A stretch of DNA of 25,482 nt from Hyphomicrobiales bacterium. GTDB lineage: Bacteria > Pseudomonadota > Alphaproteobacteria > Rhizobiales > S144-23. The notes under the pieces were generated by a model. The model had not been told where the DNA came from. It searched no databases and saw nothing but the letters and a program-made list of their open reading frames with translations. Positions 1 through 7,653 of this stretch are shown here, piece by piece. The translations under genes and the position numbers were made by a program. The DNA is taken from the NCBI GenBank assembly GCA_015494375.1, contig WGBL01000213.1, forward strand, positions 1 to 25,482, read 5' to 3'. Within the stretch, counting starts at the first letter, position 1. Each line of letters opens with the position of its first letter.

Positions 1-159
1 AAAAAGGACGCTGTGGTCAAGGTTCTCGCCATGTATGCCGGACCGCACATTCGGGCCAGAAGCAAAAAGGCGGCCTTGGAGGAGATCGAGCGCCATTTCA
101 CCGCGCTCATTTACGAGCGCCACGCCAGCGAGCAGGCCAAGCGCGCCACGCCGTGGTAG
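1..159 (+). CDS. 3' end of an unidentified protein (truncated by window edge)
   Basis: Frame 1 is open from base 1 to TAG at 157-159 (KKDAVVKVLAMYAGPHIRARSKKAALEEIERHFTALIYERHASEQAKRATPW*), with mostly G/C third codon positions. No family recognised. Confidence 0.5.
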   Translation, partial: KKDAVVKVLAMYAGPHIRARSKKAALEEIERHFTALIYERHASEQAKRATPW

Positions 160-228
160 GAGCGGTCGCGGGCTTAATCGCGGCCAGAGGCAGCCGCCAA
201 AGCCTCGTCGACTCTCCGCGCGCCCCCC

Positions 229-1335
229 TCAAACCGCAAAGCGCACGAGCATCACGTCACCGTCCTCGACCACATAGTCGCGGCCCTCGAGGCGCATGCG
301 GCCGGCCTCCTTGGCCCCCGCCTCGCCGCCATAGCGGACATAATCCTCATAGCTGATGGTCTCGGCGCGAATGAAGCCCTTCTCGAAATCGGTGTGGATG
401 GTGCCTGCGGCCCTGGCAGCTGTGGTGCCCTTGGGGATTGTCCAGGCCCGCGCCTCCTTGGGGCCGGCGGTGAAAAACGTAATGAGCCCCAAGAGCGCAT
501 AGCCTGCACGCACCAGGCGATCGAGCCCCGGCTCGGCGAGCCCCAGCTCCTCAAGGTACTCGCGCCGCTCGCCCTCATCGAGCGCCGCCAGCTCAGCCTC
601 GATACGGGCCGAGACGATGATGCTCGAGGCGCCCTGCTCGCGGGCATAGGCGGCAACGAGCGCCGCGTAGCGATTGCCGCGCGCGGCCGCGGCCTCCTCG
701 ACGTTGGCGACATAAAGGACGGGCTTGGCGCTGAGCAAATGGAGCGCGCGAAACGCGGCCCGCTCTTCGGGCGAGATTTCGGCGAGCCGCGCCGGACGCC
801 CCTCCTCGAGCCCCTCTCGAACACGGTCGATAAGCGCCAGGCGCGCCCGCGCCTCTTTGCCTGTCTTGTCCGTCGCCTTGGCCTTTTTCTCGAGCGCGGC
901 CCGCTGCCGCTCGAGGCTCTCGAGGTCGGCGAGCATGAGCTCGGTCTCGACAATCTCGGCATCGCACAAGGGATCAATGCGCCCCTCCACATGGGCCACG
1001 TCCGCGTCCTCGAAGCACCGCAAGACATGGACGATGGCGTCCACCTCGCGAATGTTGCCGAGGAATTGGTTGCCGAGCCCCTCGCCCTTGGATGCGCCTT
1101 TGACGAGCCCTGCGATGTCGACGAACGTCATGCGCGCCGGCACCACGCGCGCCGAGCGGGCGATCCTCGCGATCTCATCAAGGCGCGGATCGCGCACCGG
1201 CACCTCGCCCGTATTGGGCTCGATGGTGCAAAACGGATAGTTCGCCGCCTCGGCCGCCGCGGTCTCGGTGAGCGCATTGAAAAGCGTCGACTTGCCGACA
1301 TTGGGCAGCCCGATGATGCCGCACTTAAAGCCCAT
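229..1335 (-). CDS. ychF: Redox-regulated ATPase YchF (Obg family)
   Basis: 368 aa. GLPNVGKSTLFNALT P-loop, ANYPFCTIEPN, VDIAGLVKGASKGEGLGNQFL, KPVLYVANV, C-terminal TGS region (FFTAGPKEARAW...GFIRAE). Conserved rplY-pth-ychF order. Confidence 0.98.
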   Translation of the reverse strand: MGFKCGIIGLPNVGKSTLFNALTETAAAEAANYPFCTIEPNTGEVPVRDPRLDEIARIARSARVVPARMTFVDIAGLVKGASKGEGLGNQFLGNIREVDAIVHVLRCFEDADVAHVEGRIDPLCDAEIVETELMLADLESLERQRAALEKKAKATDKTGKEARARLALIDRVREGLEEGRPARLAEISPEERAAFRALHLLSAKPVLYVANVEEAAAARGNRYAALVAAYAREQGASSIIVSARIEAELAALDEGERREYLEELGLAEPGLDRLVRAGYALLGLITFFTAGPKEARAWTIPKGTTAARAAGTIHTDFEKGFIRAETISYEDYVRYGGEAGAKEAGRMRLEGRDYVVEDGDVMLVRFAV

Positions 1336-1347
1336 GTCGACCGCTGT

Positions 1348-1452
1348 GTGTCACGCGTCGCGGTGTCACCCGCCGGGGCGTCACCTGTTGGGGTGTCAGG
1401 TGTTGGGGTGTCATCTGTTGGGGCCACCCCTGTCGCGGTGTCACCTGTCGGA
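1348..1452. repeat. Tandem array of 7 x 15-bp degenerate units (consensus GTGTCACCTGTYGGG)
   Basis: Units: gtgtcacgcgtcgcg, gtgtcacccgccggg, gcgtcacctgttggg, gtgtcaggtgttggg, gtgtcatctgttggg, gccacccctgtcgcg, gtgtcacctgtcgga. The array fills the pth-ychF spacer and its last unit contains the pth stop. Confidence 0.92.
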
Positions 1453-2151
1453 GTCGATGTCGTTGATGTCGTTGATGTCCTTGATCACATCCCATTTCTT
1501 GCCCTTTTTGTCCTTCTCGTCCTTCTTGCGCCTTTGCCCTTCTCCCTTTGTGGGCGCAGAAGCGCCGGCCTCATTCTCGCCCTCCTCACGAAGCGCCAGT
1601 GCGACTTCGTTCATGAAGGTGGCGGCCTCGCCCAGAACGAGCAGCGGCGCGGCCTCGGCAATGGCGTCGATCAAGGGCTCGAGCCATTCGCGATCGGCCT
1701 TGGCGAAGTCGCTCAACACATAGGCATGGACGATCTCCTTGCGCCCGGGATGGCCGATGCCTATGCGCACGCGCGTGTAGTCGTTGCCCACGTGGGCCGA
1801 GATCGAGCGAAGGCCATTATGCCCCGCATTGCCGCCCCCCACCTTGACGCGCACCTTGCCGGGGGCGAGGTCGAGCTCGTCGTGAAAGACGATGAGGTCG
1901 TCTGGTGCGAGCTTGAAAAAGCGCACGATCTCGCCGACCGAGCGCCCCGACTCGTTCATATAGGTCTGAGGCTTCAAGAGCAGGCACTTCTTATTGCCGA
2001 GCCGGCCCTCGACCACCTCGCCGCGAAAGCGCGCCCGCCAGGGCCCGAAGCCATGGCGCGTGGCGATGGCGTCAACGGCCATGAAGCCAACATTGTGACG
2101 GTTGTTGGCGTGTTTGGGCCCGGGATTGCCAAGGCCAACGAGAATCTTCAT
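1441..2151 (-). CDS. pth: Peptidyl-tRNA hydrolase with a charged low-complexity C-terminal tail
   Basis: [59 protein letters not shown] motifs. True start is ATG 2151; the upstream part of ORF 1441..2781 is an artefact. 236 aa. Confidence 0.96.
   Translation of the reverse strand: MKILVGLGNPGPKHANNRHNVGFMAVDAIATRHGFGPWRARFRGEVVEGRLGNKKCLLLKPQTYMNESGRSVGEIVRFFKLAPDDLIVFHDELDLAPGKVRVKVGGGNAGHNGLRSISAHVGNDYTRVRIGIGHPGRKEIVHAYVLSDFAKADREWLEPLIDAIAEAAPLLVLGEAATFMNEVALALREEGENEAGASAPTKGEGQRRKKDEKDKKGKKWDVIKDINDINDIDSDR
1456..1485. repeat. 9-bp tandem repeat x3 (GATGTCGTT) encoding DINDINDI in the Pth tail
   Basis: gatgtcgtt gatgtcgtt gatgtcctt gat read directly. Confidence 0.85.
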
Positions 2152-2387
2152 GCCGGGCCCCGCATCGTTCACTCGTCCGCCCCGCGTCTGCCTCTCGTTC
2201 GCACATCGGTGCAATTGGGGCTCAGTGTCTGGTTGTTTGGCCGGGCCCGTTTTCTTTGGTTGGCTTTGGCCGAGCCGTTCCAAACGACGCCACCACCAGC
2301 CAAGAAATTGTATGCTCTCCCCCATTAAGGGCCCAATTGGGAGCTTGGCATGAATAGGGGCGCGCTGCGCTCGGAGGCGGCGACCGC

Positions 2388-2407
2388 GGGCGCGCATGGG
2401 CGCGCCC
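2388..2407. other. Perfect GC hairpin downstream of rplY (possible terminator or processing stem, no U-tract)
   Basis: GGGCGCGC-ATGG-GCGCGCCC, 8-bp stem, about 45 bp past the rplY stop. Confidence 0.35.
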
Positions 2408-2452
2408 AACCCGCTCTGCCATGCTCCTTTCGCAGAATCGCGGGCGGGCGGA

Positions 2453-3124
2453 CTACTCCTTGGCCTTGCCCTCGTCCTCCTTCTGGGCTGTGGCCGGAAC
2501 CTCGCCGGCCTCGACCTCGGCGCTTTCCTCCTCCGCGCCCTCCTCCTCGTCCGCGCCACCGGCGGCACCTGCAATGGTGGCGATGGTGAAGTCGCGATCG
2601 GTGATCGCCGGGCGCACATTCGCCGGCAGCTCGATTTGCGAGATATGGAGCGAGTCGCCGATGTCGAGCCCGGAAAGATCGGCCTCAAGGCTCTCGGGGA
2701 TGGCATCGGCGGGGCAGACGACCTCGACCGTATGACGAACGACATTGAGCACGCCGCCGCGTTTGAGGCCGGGCGAGGCATCCTCGTTGACGAATGTGAC
2801 GGTCACCTCGACGGTCACCTCGGCGTCCTCGGCGAGGCGCATGAAATCGACATGGACAAGGAAATCGCGCACCGGGTCGAGTTGCACCTCACGCGGGATG
2901 ACCCGGGTCTTCTTGCCCGCGATATCGAGCATGAAGACGGTCGAGAGCAGTTGCCCGGTCATGTACTGGCGCAAGACATCGCCATAATTGAGCGAAATCG
3001 GCTGCGGCGCCTCGTCGTTGCCATAGACGATTCCCGGCACGCGCCCCTCGCGGCGCAGGGCCCGCGAGACGCCCTTGCCGAGGCGGTCACGCGGGGTTGC
3101 TTGAAGCTCGATCAAATCGGCCAT
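2453..3124 (-). CDS. rplY: 50S ribosomal protein L25 / general stress protein Ctc
   Basis: 223 aa. [53 protein letters not shown], acidic tail. SD GGAGAG 10 nt upstream. Confidence 0.97.
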   Translation of the reverse strand: MADLIELQATPRDRLGKGVSRALRREGRVPGIVYGNDEAPQPISLNYGDVLRQYMTGQLLSTVFMLDIAGKKTRVIPREVQLDPVRDFLVHVDFMRLAEDAEVTVEVTVTFVNEDASPGLKRGGVLNVVRHTVEVVCPADAIPESLEADLSGLDIGDSLHISQIELPANVRPAITDRDFTIATIAGAAGGADEEEGAEEESAEVEAGEVPATAQKEDEGKAKE

Positions 3125-3204
3125 CGGTCTCAGGCTCTCCGTTCAGGCTGTCGGTCTAAGAATTGCTTTGGTCTTGCGTCGCTTTGGCTCACGGTCCAAG
3201 ATTC

Positions 3205-3253
3205 GCTGTGGCTTCGAATGCTGTGGCTTCAAATGAGTGCTGCGGCTTGGGAT
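3205..3253. repeat. 15-bp tandem repeat x2 plus a degenerate third copy in the rplY 5' region
   Basis: gctgtggcttcgaat (3205-3219), gctgtggcttcaaat (3220-3234), gctgcggcttgggat (3239-3253). Confidence 0.8.
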
Positions 3254-3703
3254 GGTGGCTCGCAGCGAGCCCGACACTCGAAGGTCGTGTGAGTAGGTTG
3301 CAAGAGCGGGCGAGCCGCTCCCAACGCCCCCGGGGATGGCGGGGATGGGAGAGCCTAGCTTGCGGCGAGGGACTGTCATTCAACGACAACCCGCATCGCC
3401 CTGTCTCAGGCACACCCGCACCGCCCACAGCGCTGGCCACCACAATCAAGGCGCACACGCTTCTGGGGCGATTCCGATTGAGCGCGCTTATAGAGCACAT
3501 GGCGGAACGAGACAACGGCCTAACTCGCCGCAGCACAGCCATTTCAATTTGTGCTGACGGCGCCTCACGAATGCGCGAGAAACGATGCCGAAGGGGCTCC
3601 TAGTCGTTATGCTGGTGCCAATTCACCGGTAGCCTGCAAGACCGTCAATGGAGCGGTTTGGGAAGCACCTTTCCAGCTCATACGAAGAGGACAACGCACA
3701 AGA

Positions 3704-4651
3704 ATGGTTGGCATTCTTTCGCAAATCACGCGCACTCCAATGGGCGGAGCGCTTTTTCGGCTCACAAGAGCACTCTTTCGGCTCACAAGAACACTCCGGC
3801 TGGCGGCTGGTGTGCTGGCGGCTGGTGTGCTGGCGGCTGGTCTCCGCGCCCCGTTCCTGCTCGCGGTCACGCCTGCCCACGCCGGCATCATCGCACAAAC
3901 GTTCGCCCCCAACCCGAGCGAGGAGGGCGCACGCGTCGATCACAGCGCCTGGGACAAACTGCTCAAGAGCTATGTCAAGCCCGACCCGTCCGGGCTCAAC
4001 CGCATCGACTACAAAGCCTTCAAGGCCAACGGCCATGGCGCGCTCAAGGACTACATCGCCATGCTCGAGGGCGTCGATGTCACCAGGCTTGGTCGCTCCG
4101 AGCAGTTCGCCTATTGGGTCAATCTCTATAACGCCAAGACCATCGACATCGTGCTCGAGCACTATCCGGTGCCCTCGATCAAGAAGATCAACCTCGGCGG
4201 CTCGCTATTCAGCGTGGTGACAGGCGGGCCGTGGGACGCCAAAGTGGTGAAAGTCAACGGTATCAAGCTCAGCCTCAACGATATCGAGCACAAGATCTTG
4301 CGGCCGCTGTTCGGCGATCCGCGGGCCCACTATGTGGTGCACTGCGCCTCGGTGGGCTGCCCAAATCTCGCCCGCGACGCCTTCAATGGAAGCGAGCTCG
4401 ACCGCCAGTTGGAGCACGCGGCCAAGGCCTATATCAACAACCCCCGCGGGGTCACTATCGCCGGTGGCAAGGTCACGGTCTCGAGCATCTACAACTGGTA
4501 TGGTGAGGATTTCGGAGGCAGCGAAAAGGCCATTCTCAAGCATCTGCTCAGATATGCCGACGCCGAGCTGGCGGCCAAGCTCCGGTCGATCAATTCGATC
4601 GATAACTATGAATACGACTGGAGCCTCAATGATGCCGATGCCGCCAACTGA
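3704..4651 (+). CDS. DUF547 domain-containing exported protein
   Basis: HSAWDKLLKSYV, RIDY, AYWVNLYNA, LSLNDIEHKILR, DPRAHYVVHCASVGCP, VSSIYNWYGEDFG and YDWSLND match the DUF547 pattern. ATG 3704 is preceded by AGAGGA (ATG 3740 is an alternative). Hydrophobic signal ends AHA. Confidence 0.88.
   Translation: MVGILSQITRTPMGGALFRLTRALFRLTRTLRLAAGVLAAGVLAAGLRAPFLLAVTPAHAGIIAQTFAPNPSEEGARVDHSAWDKLLKSYVKPDPSGLNRIDYKAFKANGHGALKDYIAMLEGVDVTRLGRSEQFAYWVNLYNAKTIDIVLEHYPVPSIKKINLGGSLFSVVTGGPWDAKVVKVNGIKLSLNDIEHKILRPLFGDPRAHYVVHCASVGCPNLARDAFNGSELDRQLEHAAKAYINNPRGVTIAGGKVTVSSIYNWYGEDFGGSEKAILKHLLRYADAELAAKLRSINSIDNYEYDWSLNDADAAN
3749..3843 (+). repeat. Adjacent 21-bp x2 and 15-bp x3 tandem repeats in the DUF547 signal region
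   Basis: gcgctttttcggctcacaaga / gcactctttcggctcacaaga (3749-3790, ALFRLTR x2). gctggcggctggtgt x2 plus gctggcggctggtct (3799-3843, LAAGV x3). Confidence 0.9.
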
Positions 4652-4658
4652 CAAACCG

Positions 4659-5399
4659 ATGACCGCCGCCGCCGAGACCTCCGAGGGCACCCGCGCCACG
4701 GGTCACCTCGGCCGCCTCGTCGGCCTCGGGATCGCCATCGGCGCACTCGGTCTGCTGTGGTCGCTCTTGCCCTTAGCCGAATGGATCGCCGCTTTTCGCA
4801 CGTGGGTGGCAGCGCAAGGCATCTGGGGGCATGTCTGTTTCGTCGCGGTCTATATCCTTGCCACCGTGGCGCTTGCGCCGGGCTCGCCGCTCACGCTTGC
4901 GGCAGGGCTCGCCTTCGGGTTTTATGCCTTCCCCTCGGTCATCGTCGGCGCCACCATCGGTGCCGCGCTCGCCTTTCTGGTCGGGCGCTATCTAGCGCGG
5001 AGCTGGGTCGCGCGCCAGGTCGCGAAATACCCGACATTCCGGGCCGTCGACCGCGCCATCCATAGCGAGGGCTGGAAGATCGTGGCCCTCATGCGGCTTT
5101 CGCCCTTGGTGCCCTTTAATTTGCAGAACTATTTCTTTGGCGTCACGCGGGTGGGCTTCTGGTCCTATGTGCTTGCCACCTTCTTCGGCATCATGCCGGG
5201 GACGCTGCTTTATGTTTGGCTCGGCACGCTTGGTGCGGTCGGCGCGACCGTGGGCTCGGACGACGCAAGCAGTGGCGAGGCAAGTGCGCTCAAGTGGCTC
5301 GCGCTCATTATTGGGCTCCTGGCGACGGTGCTGGTCACCGTGCTCGTCTCCCGCAAGGCCCGCCGAATGCTCGAGGAAGCCGGCCTCGACGAAGCGTGA
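4659..5399 (+). CDS. TVP38/TMEM64 (DedA/VTT superfamily) membrane protein
   Basis: 246 aa from ATG 4659, 7 nt after the DUF547 stop. LAPGSPLTLAAGLAFG, GATIGAALAFLVGRY, LMRLSPLVPFNLQNY, YVLATFFGIMPGT are SNARE_assoc/VTT hallmarks. Confidence 0.92.
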   Translation: MTAAAETSEGTRATGHLGRLVGLGIAIGALGLLWSLLPLAEWIAAFRTWVAAQGIWGHVCFVAVYILATVALAPGSPLTLAAGLAFGFYAFPSVIVGATIGAALAFLVGRYLARSWVARQVAKYPTFRAVDRAIHSEGWKIVALMRLSPLVPFNLQNYFFGVTRVGFWSYVLATFFGIMPGTLLYVWLGTLGAVGATVGSDDASSGEASALKWLALIIGLLATVLVTVLVSRKARRMLEEAGLDEA

Positions 5400-5433
5400 G
5401 CGGGCGCCGGACTGCACCAGGCGTCGGCCTCGT

Positions 5434-7449
5434 TCAGCCAGGCCACCAGCGCTCCCGCCAGGCCTCGAACATGAGCACATTCCAGAGCGCATACTGGTGA
5501 TTGCGCCGCCCTGTGAGGTGCGCCTCCCAGCGCGCGCGTATGGGCCGAGGCGCAAAGATGCCGCCTTCACGCAGCCGCCGCTCATCAAGCAGCGCCTCCG
5601 CCCAGTCGCGCAGGGGCCCACGCAACCAGTCGTCGATGGGGATGCCGAAGCCCATCTTGGGCCGCTCAACGAGCGCTTTCGGCACATGGCGATAGAGCAC
5701 CTGGCGGAGCAGCCATTTGCCCTGGCCGTCCCTCAACTTGAGCTCCTGGGGCAGGCGCCAGGCGAAGGCCACGACGCGGTGATCGAGGAGCGGCACCCGC
5801 GCTTCAAGCGAGACCGCCATGCTGGCGCGATCGACCTTGGCGAGGATGTCGCATGGCAGATAGCTCAGCGTATCGCGATATTGCATGCGGGCAATCGGCT
5901 CGGGCACCAGCGCCTCGACGCTCGGGTCGGTGAGCACCGTCATGGGCTCGCGCGCACCCATCACCACCTTTTCGGGGTCCGCCCAGTGGCTCGCCACCCG
6001 ATGGTGGAGCGCATCGCCCGAATGGCCCAGGACCGCGGCCAGCTTGTGCATCTTGTCGCCCGCAAGCCGTGGCCGCCATGCCCGCGGCACAAGCCGGAAC
6101 GCCTGGTCCCAGAGGGCTGGCGAGAGCGCCTCGATGGCGCCCGCAAGGGTGCGGCGCAAGGCGCCTGGCAAACGTCCGATGCGCTCGAAAAGGTGGGCCT
6201 GCGTGTAGCGATTGTAGCCCGCAAAGAGCTCGTCGCCGCCATCGCCCGAAAGGCTCACCGTGACATGGCGCCGGGCCAGCATCGAGACAAGGTGGGTGGG
6301 CACCTGCGAGGCGTCGGCAAAGGGCTCGTCGTAGATGTCGGCGAGCTGCGGGATGACGGCCTGCGCCTCTTTGGGCTCGACGATGAGCTCGGTGTGGTCG
6401 GTGCCGAGATGGCGGGCAACGGCCGCGGCCTGGTGGGCCTCGTTATAGTCCTCCTCGCGAAAGCCGATCGAGAAGGTGCGGACGGGGCGCGCGGCGTGCG
6501 CCTGCATGAGGGCGACAACGGTCGATGAGTCGATCCCGCCCGAGAGGAAGGCGCCGAGCGGCACGTCGGCCACCATGCGGCGGGCGACGGCATCGCCCAG
6601 GAGCGCTTCGAGGGCATCGGTCGCCTCTTCTGGCGAGCCTTCAAAGGGCTCCGCTTGCCCCGCCCTCACGACATCGGCCAATTGCCAATAGGGCGCAATC
6701 CGCGGCTCGGCCCAGCCATTGACGCGGGCGCCAGCGCCGGCGCCAACGGGGCCCCGGGGGCCCGCATCGCTTGCTCCATCGCCGGCGGGCTCGAAGCACA
6801 ACAGGTGTCCGGGCGGCAGCTGCCGCACACCCTCATAGATGGTGTGGGGATGGGGGATGTAGTTGTGGCGCATATAGAGCGCGATGGCGTTGCGATCGAG
6901 TGTGCAGGCCTCGCGAAAGCCCGGGAAGGCGTAGAACGGCCTGAGCTCTGAGGCAAAAAGCAGGGCGCCGTCCCTGTTGCGCGCCCAATAGAGCGGCTTG
7001 ATGCCGAGCCGGTCGCGGACAAGCCAGAGGCGGCGCGCCGGGCGCTCCCAGAGGGCGAAGGCGAACATGCCGATGGCGCGCTCGACCGCCTCCTGCACAC
7101 CAAGCACCTCACAGGCCTCGAGCAGGACCTCGGTGTCGGAATGGCCCCGATAGCCCGTCACACGATTGCCCAACAGGGCCTTGAGCTCGCCCGCGTTGTA
7201 GACCTCGCCGTTGTAGCAGATGACGCTGCGCCCGCTGGCCGAGACCATGGGCTGGCGGCCGGCCGGGCTCAGGTCGATAACCGCAAGGCGCCGATGACCG
7301 AACGCAAGCCCCACTTCGGGCTCGCACCAGACGTTCTGCTCATCGGGGCCGCGGTGGGCGATGCTGGCGGCCATGGCGCCGGCAATGCGGGCCATCTCGG
7401 GCTCCGTCAGCCCGCTATGCGGCGCTAGAAATCCGGCAATGCCACACAT
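5434..7449 (-). CDS. asnB: Asparagine synthase (glutamine-hydrolysing) family amidotransferase, likely acting on polysaccharide
   Basis: 671 aa. N-terminal MCGIAG (Ntn Cys), HRGPD, GHRRLAVIDL, YNGEVYN, SDTEVLL, RDRLGIKPLY, FLSGGIDSS, SGDGGDELFAGY, KVDRASMAVSLEARVP. Lies downstream of GT4 and CapD-type genes. Confidence 0.95.
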   Translation of the reverse strand: MCGIAGFLAPHSGLTEPEMARIAGAMAASIAHRGPDEQNVWCEPEVGLAFGHRRLAVIDLSPAGRQPMVSASGRSVICYNGEVYNAGELKALLGNRVTGYRGHSDTEVLLEACEVLGVQEAVERAIGMFAFALWERPARRLWLVRDRLGIKPLYWARNRDGALLFASELRPFYAFPGFREACTLDRNAIALYMRHNYIPHPHTIYEGVRQLPPGHLLCFEPAGDGASDAGPRGPVGAGAGARVNGWAEPRIAPYWQLADVVRAGQAEPFEGSPEEATDALEALLGDAVARRMVADVPLGAFLSGGIDSSTVVALMQAHAARPVRTFSIGFREEDYNEAHQAAAVARHLGTDHTELIVEPKEAQAVIPQLADIYDEPFADASQVPTHLVSMLARRHVTVSLSGDGGDELFAGYNRYTQAHLFERIGRLPGALRRTLAGAIEALSPALWDQAFRLVPRAWRPRLAGDKMHKLAAVLGHSGDALHHRVASHWADPEKVVMGAREPMTVLTDPSVEALVPEPIARMQYRDTLSYLPCDILAKVDRASMAVSLEARVPLLDHRVVAFAWRLPQELKLRDGQGKWLLRQVLYRHVPKALVERPKMGFGIPIDDWLRGPLRDWAEALLDERRLREGGIFAPRPIRARWEAHLTGRRNHQYALWNVLMFEAWRERWWPG

Positions 7450-7516
7450 TGCTCACACTCTGCGCTCAAATCCTGCATGCGCTGCACGGCTGCTTGGCGC
7501 AACGCATTGCCTTGCG

Positions 7517-7557
7517 CAACCACGCGCGAGACGTGGCCCAACCACGTGCGAGACGTG
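7517..7557. repeat. 19-bp direct repeat (period 22, one mismatch) upstream of asnB
   Basis: caaccacgcgcgagacgtg (7517-7535) and caaccacgtgcgagacgtg (7539-7557). Confidence 0.8.
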
Positions 7558-7653
7558 AACGAGGCGCGCAACGCCCAGAAATCCCGACATCGCGCAGACA
7601 GCAAAGCAGTGGGCAGACCCCGGCAAACGCATGCGAGCGCCGCGCCAACTGGG

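Noticed and set aside
1348-1452. CRISPR array or selenocysteine read-through interpretation of the TGA-containing repeats
   Set aside because: The units are contiguous with no unique spacers and no cas genes. Six UGA codons with no evident SECIS hairpin make a Pth-YchF read-through fusion implausible.
394-2328. 644-aa plus-strand ORF, and similar long antisense ORFs (9327..11003, 15962..16714, 19870..20943, 21034..22866, 5137..6528)
   Set aside because: Antisense shadows of well-conserved minus-strand genes, expected from high-GC codon bias. No recognisable domains.
2152-2781. N-terminal 210-aa extension of Pth predicted by the ORF track
   Set aside because: Overlaps rplY in another frame and is low complexity. 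Pth homologues begin at [11 protein letters not shown].
3125-3703. tRNA or other structured RNA gene between rplY and DUF547
   Set aside because: No cloverleaf, TTCGA T-loop in tRNA context, or CCA end could be identified on either strand.
4332-4658. Upstream extension of the TVP38 ORF suggesting a DUF547-TVP38 fusion or frameshift
   Set aside because: DUF547 ends normally at YDWSLND...TGA 4651, and the membrane protein has its own ATG at 4659. The overlap is just an open alternative frame.
5434-7449. AsnB-like protein as a lasso-peptide cyclase
   Set aside because: It has an intact Ntn glutaminase domain (MCGIAG). No B1/B2 peptidase or precursor is nearby, and the context is glycan biosynthesis.
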